Source of the DNA: a virus
DNA length: 64,000 nt
Direction: 5' to 3' (one strand)
Virus record (IMG/VR): IMGVR_UViG_3300023208_000003
Span: 1 to 64,000 of that record
In this document: positions 46,676 through 55,665 of the stretch, piece after piece
Layout: each line of letters begins with the position of its first letter
Numbering within the stretch: position 1 is the stretch's first letter
Notes under the pieces: generated by a model
What the model was told of the DNA's origin: nothing
Seen by the model: the letters and a program-made list of their open reading frames with translations, nothing else
Databases searched by the model: none
Made by a program: the position numbers and the translations under genes

Positions 46676-49600
46676 ATGCAATCTAAATATGGAACACTTG
46701 TAGGCTTTTTATCAGAAACCGACCTACAAAAAATTAAGGCACTTCCTGAGTTATCTGAACTTCAAGGTCAATTTGCTTCTAAAGATTACATTGACAGCGC
46801 AGTTGCTATTGCAATTGAAGCTGCAAGCTACGGGCTTTTAACAAGCAAAGGCGGTTCATTTGATACTCAAGCGCTTGCAGCAATTACTGCGTCAGTAAGC
46901 AACTTAGATGCAAAAATTAATCAAGAAGTTTCTATTAGAGCGCAGGGAGATTTAAATGGACAAGCGTTAATTAATAGTGAAATTCAAGCTCGTATCACAG
47001 GTGATGGTTTTCAAACCACAAAACGAGAAGAATTAAGTTCACTTCTTTTAGGTGTTCCAGATCCAAATGGTATTTCTTCATTTAGTTCAGGTTACATTAA
47101 AGACGTTTCAGATACTCTTGCGTCATCAGTACAAGCCGAAGCTTCAAAGCGCTCCGATTTAGTTGCTACGCTATTTGGACCAAATATTGATCCAGATAAT
47201 CTAAATGGTGTTACCCCAGCAAACTTAACCAGTGGCTTTATTAAAAGTGTAATGGATGTTACTGCTACTCCAACGGGAGCTACAGCTACTGCTATTACAA
47301 ATCTTGGCACTCAAGTTAATGATGCAATTGCTAGCGTTCAACAGGCAATGGATTCTATAGATGGTATTAAAGCTCATTACGGAGTAACCATTGATAATAA
47401 TGGCTATGTTTCAGGATTTGATTTAATTTCAGAACCTGGAATTACTGGAACCCCAGTTAGTTCATTTATTGTTCGCGCAGATAAATTTGCCGTTATTGAC
47501 CCAGCAATTTCTAACTCAGTTGGCGCCTTAGATTTAGCAAATCAAATAAGTAATTATTCGCCATTTTTCATTGAAAACGGCAACACTTACATTAAGAGCG
47601 CGCTCATCAAAGCTGCCTCAATTGATTTCGCGCAAATTTCAGATAGCATTCAATCAAGTAATTATAACGCAACAACTCACGCCGGCTGGAAGTTAAGTAA
47701 AGCTGGAACTATCGAAGCTAATGGCATTACAATTTATGGTTCTAATGGGCAAGTCGTTTTAAGCGCTGGTGGTGCTTTAAATGAAAATGTTCAAATTGGT
47801 TCAACAGGTAAAACCATAGGTCAGCTCGCGAATGATCAAGCGCTTTCACTTAATGCAGTACTAACTAATGATACTGAGCTTGTTTCTGCTTCATCAACTG
47901 GTGTTGTAAATCCAGTCGATTTAACCAATACTGGTGGACAGTTCCAGGTATTTAATGGTATTGACCAAATTGATAGTCAATTTCTTACCTTTAGTGTAGT
48001 TGCAGCTCAAACTATTGGTATCACAGCAACAATAAATTCATCAGGCGTTTATAATGTAACTGCGTTTCCTGATGCTAATGATTCTGGAACAGCAGTGTTC
48101 CAAGCTGTTTATGCTGTTGGTGGTACAACAATAGCAACAGTTCAAAAAACTTATAATATTACGAAAGTAAAATCTGCTACAGGCGCAGCGCCAATTCTTA
48201 CGTTAAAGTGCAGCGCGCTAATGATGAAATTTGATACGTCAGGAACCGCAGCTCCAACAAATCAAAGTATTACACTCGACGCTGTCATTTTAAATGGCTC
48301 AGGAACTCCTACTTGGTCAGCTACTAAATATAATTCTGCAGGTGTTTCACTTGGAGCCTGTACATTAGCAGCTGGAGCAAATGGAAATCAACGAATTCTT
48401 TCTGTTGCTAATTTTGGAAGTGCCGCGTATGTTGAAGTTGTTACATTTCTTTCAGGGGTTGGTCAAGATCAACAGCGCATTGTTCGACTCGGTGATGGTG
48501 CAGCTGGTCAACCAGGAGCAAATGGTGCAAATGGCACCTCGCCATTATTTGGTTATTTAACAAATGAAAGTCAGCCACTTCCTGCACTAGCTGACGGTAC
48601 AATAACTGATTATAGCGGTGCTTCTGGAACATTTATCGTATTCAATGGAAGCACTCAACTTGCAGCAAGCGCAGTTACATTTTCCGTAGTTACACCACTT
48701 CCAACTGGTGTAACCGCAACGATTAATACAGCTGGGGTGTATAATATTACGTCTATTCCGGCAGCAACAGCGAGCGCTGTTAACGTAACATTTAGAGCAG
48801 TTTACGCTGGAATAACAATTAATAAAGTTTTCTCAGTAACTAAATCTAAAACAGGTACTGCTGGTGCCAATGGAGCAGATGCGAAGTTACTTTGGTTGAA
48901 TTCTTCAGCAATGCACTTCTCTTATAACGGTGCAAATCAACCAATTCCAAACACACAATCAATAACTGTAAGTGCGGTTCGTCAAAATCTTGGTAACGCA
49001 ACAACTGACCCAATAACCTGGTCAATTACAAAATATGATTCCGCTGGAAATGTTTTAACGCCAGCAATTACTCCTGTAACAGGCGACACACAGACTATTT
49101 CAGTTGCCAATTTTACACCTGCGTTTAGAGTAGTAATCACCGCTTCACGTACGATTTCACCAGGTAACGTAATTTCTGATACTTTAACGCTATTCAAAGT
49201 GGCTGATGGTGCTGCCGGGGCTGCGGGTGCAGCTGGCGCACCAGGTTTAAATGGTACAAATGGTGTTTCACCAATTATTGGGTACCTTACAAATGAAAAT
49301 CAAGGTCTAGTTGCTGATAACGCTGGAGTAGTAACTGACTTCAGTAAAGCAAATGGAACATTTAACGTTTACAACGGAATAACACCAGTAACATCTGGTG
49401 TTACTTATAGCGTTGTTGCAACAACGGGATTACCTACAGGTGCTGCAACAATTAGCAATACTGGTGCATATACCGTTTCAGCTATAAATGCGGCAAATGA
49501 TTCTGCTTCAGCTACGTTCCGCGCTGCTTATGGTGGAGTTAATATTGATAAAATTTTCTCATTAACAAAAAGTAAACAGGCACAAACTCTTGATATAAGT

Positions 49601-52600
49601 AGCAACGTTTCTGCTTTTTACTTTGATAGCGCAGGAGTCGCAACTCCTGCCAATCAAACTCTTATTTGCACTGCGGCGCTACAGAATGTTTCAGGAACAA
49701 TCACCTGGACAATTACAAAATATGATGCAACGGGTGCTTCAATTGGAACAATTACACCGACCATTTCAAATACGAAAGTAACTGGCGATACTGCAACTAT
49801 TACAATTGCTAATTTTGGTGTTGCAGCAAGTATTAAAGTTGTAGCGGCGGTTGGAACACTTGTTTCCGACTCGCAGACTTTTTACAGAGTTCGTGATGGG
49901 GCAGCTGGGGCGAGCGCAAAGGGATTATCATTAGCTGCAACAAGCTACATTTTCAATTACGCTAAAAATAATACAATTTCACCATCCACAATTACGCTTA
50001 ACGCTGTTCCAATGGGTGGTTTAACAGGTCAAGTTCAATGGGCCGTAACAAGCGGAACCGCGACGCTTCCTACTCCAAGCAGCAGCGGCATTGCAGGTCT
50101 TACGAATGATGTTCTTAACATTACGCCTGCTGCAATTGCAACAAAAAGTGTTACAATTAAAGCTTATATTGGCACTGGCACAGTCGATTATGATTATATT
50201 ACAATTGCTAAAGTTGAAGAAGGAAAAGATGGTCTTGCTGGCTACTTAACAAATGAATCAGTTACGCTTAAAGCTAATAGTTCTGGAGTTGTAACATTAA
50301 CTGGCGCAACAACTGATTTTAAAGTTTATGTGGGCGCAACTGACGTTACTTCAAGCTGCACATTTACAAAAACAGATTCAGCAGGTTTAACTTCTACTCT
50401 GACTACCAGTGGTATTTGCACGATAACAGGCGCACCATTAACTGGTGGTTATGTCGACATTACTGCAACATATAACGGTGTAACTCCTGCTGTAACACTT
50501 GTTAAAAGATTCTCAATTGCAGTTATTCAGCTTGGAGCTTTAGCATCGCGTGATTCAATTGATTTAACCCAAGACGTTACTGGCCAACCACTTGACCCGA
50601 ATAACTACGTTCGCACACCAACCTTTAAAACATCTGGACAAAATTCTGGAGTTCGCACTTGGGGTAATTCACAGGCGAATAGTTTAAGTGTAACTGCAGT
50701 TACCGGGCAAGCTTGGAACGCAGCACTCACGCTTAATTATTACGTTAATACATTTGAAACTACAAACATTTTTCCAGTGCGGGCTGGTGAGGTTCTATAC
50801 TGCTACGCTGACGTAACAACAAGTGGTGAAACATCTCACACCGCTTGGGTAGGTTTAAGATTTTATACATCAGATGGGGTAACTCAAGCTGCTACTGTAG
50901 GTGCGGGGACTCTTGCTCCAAATCTAGCGTGGACAAGAATTGGCGGTCCTATTGTTGCGCCCGCTAACGCGTGTTACGCGCAGCCAATGGTTACTGGCAC
51001 TGGCGCCGCTGGTGCTTTTGCGGGCGGTTCAATCAAGTTTACTAACATTTACGTTAATCGCGTTGATGTAGGTTCGCGTACCCCGGTTACTTATTGGATT
51101 GATGACGTTGATAAGAAAAAAGGCGTGGCCTACGTAGCAGGTACGCCTGACGTATCATATGGTTATGATGGTGATATTTTCATTGACGCGCGGCTTAACT
51201 TTCCAGCAAATGGACCTGGCTCCAAATTAATGTATCTCAAAGATAGTGGAGCGTGGGTAAATATTGGTGCAGGTAGAATCAACGCGTCAAATATTGCTAC
51301 CTTCTTTGAAGGAGCTTGCATTGGCACTGCGCAAATTGGCAACGCTGCGATTGGCAACGCGCAGATCGGAAATTATATCCAGTCAACAAATTTCAACGGC
51401 TCAGCTTCAACTTTTGGTACAGCAACACAGGGTTGGAGAATTCATAAAGACCTAGGCATTGAAATGGCTGGAATTCCATTAACTATCAAAGATAGTAATG
51501 GAGTTGCAATTTTCTCAGCGGGTGTTGCATCAAGTTCAATTCTTAACAGTGCTGTTACGCTTTCATCTCTTGGAGCTGGAGCGTTTGCATCATTAAATGA
51601 AATTACTGCAGCTAATATTAGTACCTATATTGCTGATGGTGCCATTGGAAACGCCTACATTGGAAATACAATTCAATCTGCTGGTTTTACCGGAACTGCT
51701 ACAACACCAGGCTGGAAAATTGATAAGGCTGGAAATATTACAATTACCGGGGGCGCATTTACAATTTATGATACAGCTGGTAAGGCAATTTTCTCTGCAG
51801 GCGGTTCATACACGCCAATTAATTACTTAGGAGCATTTACTGGTGCCGCAGCTCCTGCTATTGCAAGTTATCCAAAAAATTCAACTTGGTATTGTAGTGC
51901 AAATGGAGGTACTCTGCCTTTTGTTAATGGCAATACTTATATTAAATCAACTGATACCGCTACTCAGTGGTCACCATGGTTATTAGCTGGTGCAATTGGT
52001 CCAACTGGTCCACAAGGAGCTCAAGGTCCACAAGGAGCAACTGGCGCTCAAGGTCCACAGGGCGCAGCGGGAACCAATGGAACTAATGGTGTAAATGGTA
52101 ATCGTGGTCCAGGAACTTTTTATTATAACGCTGGCGCAAGCGCTACAGGTTGGAGTGAGCCTCCTACTTCAGTTTATCCAGATGGTACAAAAAGATTTAG
52201 AGATACTGTTACTATGTATGGTGGAACTGGAACTGGTGCCTGGTCTCAAACAAGATTCTGGGATGGTACTACAACAACTTCTGGTACCTCAATTATAAAT
52301 GGTTGGAACAAAATAGATGTTGCTATTGACGGTAACTTGCTTGTAACAGGAACCGTAAACGGAAATAAAATTGTAGCAGGTTCAATTACCTCATCGCAGT
52401 TAACAACAACGTCTGCCGTTATTACTGGAACTTTACAAGTTGGAACTGGCGGTGTTATTACCTCACCATTATCAGCTTCTTTTGCTGATCAAGATTGGGG
52501 AAATGGCGCACATTTAATGGGTGATTACCGCACGGGTGTTAATACTCCTACTTATTATTTTTATAATTTAGGAACTTTAAATGTTCCTGCCGTTGATGTC

Positions 52601-53014
52601 GCTCATACTAAAATTGTTATTTTTTCATTTTTGTTCAAACATTCTGATCCAAGTCCAGGATTTTTCGCTGTTAATATTTTAAGAGCTCCTCAAGGAACTG
52701 CATTACCTCCGGCAGCAGATTCAAATACTACTCCATCAGGCTGGACACAGATTTGGCATGCAAGAATTGACCCAAGCACTAGATTAGCTGGTGATGACAA
52801 CTACACTAATGCCTATGATTATGATAATCAAACACCTTATACAATAGTAGATAAAGATGGTGTTTCAGCTAATGTTTCATATACATATCTTGTTAGAGGT
52901 GCACTAACAAATGCATACTATTATAGTAAAGTTTGGAAAACTTGGACATTAAATACGAATTATTGGTTGCAATTTAAAAATATGAATTTAACTATTTTCA
53001 CAGGTAAACGTTAA
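46676..53014 (+). CDS. large tail fibre / host-specificity (lambda J-like C-terminal motifs) protein
   Basis: 2112 aa; SSFIVRADKFAV, three IxxAxIxxxIQS...GW motifs, alternating LTN[ED] and NQxIT Ig-like modules, a putative carbohydrate-binding beta-sandwich and a collagen run. Confidence 0.8.
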   Translation: MQSKYGTLVGFLSETDLQKIKALPELSELQGQFASKDYIDSAVAIAIEAASYGLLTSKGGSFDTQALAAITASVSNLDAKINQEVSIRAQGDLNGQALINSEIQARITGDGFQTTKREELSSLLLGVPDPNGISSFSSGYIKDVSDTLASSVQAEASKRSDLVATLFGPNIDPDNLNGVTPANLTSGFIKSVMDVTATPTGATATAITNLGTQVNDAIASVQQAMDSIDGIKAHYGVTIDNNGYVSGFDLISEPGITGTPVSSFIVRADKFAVIDPAISNSVGALDLANQISNYSPFFIENGNTYIKSALIKAASIDFAQISDSIQSSNYNATTHAGWKLSKAGTIEANGITIYGSNGQVVLSAGGALNENVQIGSTGKTIGQLANDQALSLNAVLTNDTELVSASSTGVVNPVDLTNTGGQFQVFNGIDQIDSQFLTFSVVAAQTIGITATINSSGVYNVTAFPDANDSGTAVFQAVYAVGGTTIATVQKTYNITKVKSATGAAPILTLKCSALMMKFDTSGTAAPTNQSITLDAVILNGSGTPTWSATKYNSAGVSLGACTLAAGANGNQRILSVANFGSAAYVEVVTFLSGVGQDQQRIVRLGDGAAGQPGANGANGTSPLFGYLTNESQPLPALADGTITDYSGASGTFIVFNGSTQLAASAVTFSVVTPLPTGVTATINTAGVYNITSIPAATASAVNVTFRAVYAGITINKVFSVTKSKTGTAGANGADAKLLWLNSSAMHFSYNGANQPIPNTQSITVSAVRQNLGNATTDPITWSITKYDSAGNVLTPAITPVTGDTQTISVANFTPAFRVVITASRTISPGNVISDTLTLFKVADGAAGAAGAAGAPGLNGTNGVSPIIGYLTNENQGLVADNAGVVTDFSKANGTFNVYNGITPVTSGVTYSVVATTGLPTGAATISNTGAYTVSAINAANDSASATFRAAYGGVNIDKIFSLTKSKQAQTLDISSNVSAFYFDSAGVATPANQTLICTAALQNVSGTITWTITKYDATGASIGTITPTISNTKVTGDTATITIANFGVAASIKVVAAVGTLVSDSQTFYRVRDGAAGASAKGLSLAATSYIFNYAKNNTISPSTITLNAVPMGGLTGQVQWAVTSGTATLPTPSSSGIAGLTNDVLNITPAAIATKSVTIKAYIGTGTVDYDYITIAKVEEGKDGLAGYLTNESVTLKANSSGVVTLTGATTDFKVYVGATDVTSSCTFTKTDSAGLTSTLTTSGICTITGAPLTGGYVDITATYNGVTPAVTLVKRFSIAVIQLGALASRDSIDLTQDVTGQPLDPNNYVRTPTFKTSGQNSGVRTWGNSQANSLSVTAVTGQAWNAALTLNYYVNTFETTNIFPVRAGEVLYCYADVTTSGETSHTAWVGLRFYTSDGVTQAATVGAGTLAPNLAWTRIGGPIVAPANACYAQPMVTGTGAAGAFAGGSIKFTNIYVNRVDVGSRTPVTYWIDDVDKKKGVAYVAGTPDVSYGYDGDIFIDARLNFPANGPGSKLMYLKDSGAWVNIGAGRINASNIATFFEGACIGTAQIGNAAIGNAQIGNYIQSTNFNGSASTFGTATQGWRIHKDLGIEMAGIPLTIKDSNGVAIFSAGVASSSILNSAVTLSSLGAGAFASLNEITAANISTYIADGAIGNAYIGNTIQSAGFTGTATTPGWKIDKAGNITITGGAFTIYDTAGKAIFSAGGSYTPINYLGAFTGAAAPAIASYPKNSTWYCSANGGTLPFVNGNTYIKSTDTATQWSPWLLAGAIGPTGPQGAQGPQGATGAQGPQGAAGTNGTNGVNGNRGPGTFYYNAGASATGWSEPPTSVYPDGTKRFRDTVTMYGGTGTGAWSQTRFWDGTTTTSGTSIINGWNKIDVAIDGNLLVTGTVNGNKIVAGSITSSQLTTTSAVITGTLQVGTGGVITSPLSASFADQDWGNGAHLMGDYRTGVNTPTYYFYNLGTLNVPAVDVAHTKIVIFSFLFKHSDPSPGFFAVNILRAPQGTALPPAADSNTTPSGWTQIWHARIDPSTRLAGDDNYTNAYDYDNQTPYTIVDKDGVSANVSYTYLVRGALTNAYYYSKVWKTWTLNTNYWLQFKNMNLTIFTGKR

Positions 53015-53412
53015 TGCAAAGTTATATTACATATAATTTAACAACAGGCGCTATTTCATCGAAAATAAGTGGTCCTGATAGTCAATTTGCAGCTGAAACA
53101 TCAAATGAAGGTTTTATTGAGGATACTATTGGCATTGATATTGAAAAGTATTATGTTGATTTGAATACAGTGACTCTTTTAGAGCGACAAAAACTTAATC
53201 TTTCAATAAACAAAACATCAATTAATAGTGATGGTATAGATAAAATTATTATTTCAAATATTCCAGTTGGTTCTCAAGTAAGAATTTTAACAGATAATTT
53301 AACAATAAATGATAGTATTTTTGAATTTACTAGTGACATAAAAGGAAAATTTCGAATTTTAATTGATAAATTTCCATTTTTACAAGAAGAGGTTATTGTA
53401 AATGCAATATAA
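53014..53412 (+). CDS. putative tail fibre assembly protein
   Basis: 132 aa, TAATG overlap with the fibre gene. Confidence 0.5.
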   Translation: MQSYITYNLTTGAISSKISGPDSQFAAETSNEGFIEDTIGIDIEKYYVDLNTVTLLERQKLNLSINKTSINSDGIDKIIISNIPVGSQVRILTDNLTINDSIFEFTSDIKGKFRILIDKFPFLQEEVIVNAI

Positions 53413-53719
53413 AGCAACTAAACCACTAACAGAGTTGCAGGCTGAAATAAAAGCACAGATCAATAATCTGGCGTCAGAAACAATTTTAGCTCGTTACCCA
53501 CTGTGGAAACAAAATAATATGTTAGCTAGGGCAACTGAGTTACAGTCTTTAGGACAGATAAACACACCTGAGTGGGTAGATTTACAAGGCGCATGGAATT
53601 GGATTAAGGCGGTTCGTGACGCGTCTAATGCTGCTACAAATGTAATAGATGGCGCTGTTAGCACTCAAACTATTTACCTTGCCGAGGCAACGTTTAAAAA
53701 CACAATTGCTACTTTATAA
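53402..53719 (+). CDS. putative tail fibre assembly protein
   Basis: 105 aa; ILARYPLWKQNN...WNWIKAVRDASN pattern. Confidence 0.5.
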   Translation: MQYKATKPLTELQAEIKAQINNLASETILARYPLWKQNNMLARATELQSLGQINTPEWVDLQGAWNWIKAVRDASNAATNVIDGAVSTQTIYLAEATFKNTIATL

Positions 53720-53722
53720 ATA
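53715..53722 (+). promoter_or_regulatory. T4 late promoter consensus TATAAATA
   Basis: Overlaps the upstream stop codon, 31 nt before the next gene. Confidence 0.6.
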
Positions 53723-53753
53723 ACAAGAAACATAACAATAATTAGAGGCCTAA

Positions 53754-54392
53754 ATGCATAGCCCGTTTCATATCGTTCAGGATTTTTTGTCTCCAAAACT
53801 CTGTGATGAAATATTAAGACAGATTGAACTAAAGCAACCAAATACCGATCGTGAAGGAAAAGCGATTCCATTTGAACGGCACCATGAGGGGCTAGAAAGA
53901 TTAATTTTTCCGCTTCTTAAACAAGAAGTTCCAAACATTGAGCAGCGTTATTTTGCAAAATATAAAGGAACTGAAACTTTAGTTTTTCAGCATTTTCCTG
54001 AACGCGCTAATACAATTGCAAAGCAACCAGGTTGTGAAAACGCGCAGTACACGCGCAAAAAATGGGTTAAAATAAAAGACGTTGATCTTACTGGATTTAT
54101 CTGGTTAAAGGATTTCAATGACTCTGTGCCGCTTGACCCACGAATTGAAGTCTATGGTGGCAAGCTAGAATTTCCAGCGTACAATTTTAGCTTACAACCG
54201 CAACGCGGAACTCTCGTTCTATTTCCTGCTGGTCCTCACTTTATAAATGCAATTTCGCCTGTGCTAGTAAGTGACCTTTATCAAATTAAAGTCAATATCT
54301 GTCTTTCACCAAATGACGGAAGTGGTATTTACCTTTATCAGCCAGCGAAATTTCCTGGCAAATGGCAAGATTGGCTAAAAGAGTTTGTTTAA
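53754..54392 (+). CDS. 2OG-Fe(II) oxygenase-fold protein with apparently degenerate metal ligands
   Basis: DFLSPKLCD, GGKLEFP and PQRGTLVLFP scaffold; no HxD/E...H triad. Confidence 0.65.
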   Translation: MHSPFHIVQDFLSPKLCDEILRQIELKQPNTDREGKAIPFERHHEGLERLIFPLLKQEVPNIEQRYFAKYKGTETLVFQHFPERANTIAKQPGCENAQYTRKKWVKIKDVDLTGFIWLKDFNDSVPLDPRIEVYGGKLEFPAYNFSLQPQRGTLVLFPAGPHFINAISPVLVSDLYQIKVNICLSPNDGSGIYLYQPAKFPGKWQDWLKEFV

Positions 54393-54661
54393 CCAACCTT
54401 AACGTCACCTGACCCTGCTACTACCAACCCGTCATCTGAGTTAGGAATTACAGCGTCACCTATTCTAACAACTGGTTTATTTTCTACTTTAACAGTGCTT
54501 GAAAAAGTCTGAAAAATAGTAGGGCTTTGTCCACCTTGCCCAGCTGTTAAATCAGTTTTTCTAATGATCGGCTTGTTATTAACTTTAACAGTGCTAGATC
54601 CATGCGCGCACTTGTCACCATTTGAGATTGGGTCATTTTGTCTTGCAACTGGTCTTGACAT
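54389..54661 (-). CDS. PAAR-repeat spike tip protein (gp5.4-like)
   Basis: PVARQND, PIIRKTD and PVVRIGD repeats with GSSTVKVN spacers. Confidence 0.85.
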   Translation of the reverse strand: MSRPVARQNDPISNGDKCAHGSSTVKVNNKPIIRKTDLTAGQGGQSPTIFQTFSSTVKVENKPVVRIGDAVIPNSDDGLVVAGSGDVKVG

Positions 54662-54662
54662 A

Positions 54663-54697
54663 TGTACATTCTTATTGAGTTGATATAGAATATTTAT
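54663..54697. promoter_or_regulatory. overlapping sigma70-like (+) and late-like (-) promoters
   Basis: TGTACA 54663-54668, N17, TAGAAT 54686-54691 (+); TATTTAT 54691-54697 (-, toward PAAR). Confidence 0.65.
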
Positions 54698-54698
54698 T

Positions 54699-55124
54699 AT
54701 GATACCACGATTACAGCTTCGTAAGCAAGAATTTTTGAACCCATCAACAGGTAGAATTTTACTTGTTGGCGATAAGCCAGGACCTGGTATTGTAAATGAA
54801 GCAGAAGACTACATTCCTGTACCATTTTATGGTTTAAGACACTCATCAGCTTGGCTAAATAAGCTCTTAGATGATCATAATATTCCAGAGGAACAACTTA
54901 CGTGGATAAACGCGTTTTATTTAGAGAATCAACCATCACAAAATGACGAGCTTTATAAAAGACAACCACGTGCTGTGATCGGACTTGGCGGAGTTGCGCA
55001 AAAATGGTTAAGAACGGCAGACTGTGAAGATTATTATTGCGTAGATCATCCACAATATTGGAAACGCTTTAAATCTAAAGAACTTTACCCTCTCATAACT
55101 TTACTGGAGTATTTAATATGTTGA
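54699..55124 (+). CDS. uracil-DNA-glycosylase-like fold protein
   Basis: Motif A-like LLVGDKPG, VIGLGGVA and motif B-like HPQY. Confidence 0.55.
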   Translation: MIPRLQLRKQEFLNPSTGRILLVGDKPGPGIVNEAEDYIPVPFYGLRHSSAWLNKLLDDHNIPEEQLTWINAFYLENQPSQNDELYKRQPRAVIGLGGVAQKWLRTADCEDYYCVDHPQYWKRFKSKELYPLITLLEYLIC

Positions 55125-55665
55125 AATACATACTTGTTTTTTCTTTCTATGTTCGTCTGCATTTGCTGACATAATGATACCAAATGTGGCCCCAAATGAC
55201 TTAACACCAGATCAAAAAGCACAAATTGCTTTACAAGCTGCTCAATTTGCAAATCAAAACAAAACAATCGTGAACACGACGCCTGAACAGGTCAAACAAT
55301 GGGCAGATGTTGCCGACGCTCTTGCCAATGGTATTGGAAAAACAGCGCATTCATTGAATGTAGAAGTGAATGAATTCATAAAAAGTCCAGTAGGTATAAT
55401 GACCGCAGTTATGTTGTTTTGGAACTACATGGGTAAGGACTTTCTTGGAATTATATTTGGTACAGGTTGGCTAGCTGTCTCTTTACCTATTTGGTTATTT
55501 TTCTTTTGGAAATCTATCAACAAAACAGAAACAGAAGAGCACGGAAGTGGAGAGAATAAACAAAGTGTAACTACTAAAACCCTAGAGTATGATGGCGGGA
55601 TAGTAAGTGGATATTTGATAACACTTGCAGTTATTATATTTATTGGACTTTTTACAATCTTTTAA
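55118..55665 (+). pseudogene. membrane protein with signal peptide, apparently frameshifted in a T6 tract
   Basis: ATG 55118 has a GGAG SD but its frame stops at 55172-55174. One extra T in 55137-55142 gives MLKYILVFFFLCSSAFA-DIMIPN fused to ORF 55174-55665. Confidence 0.6.
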
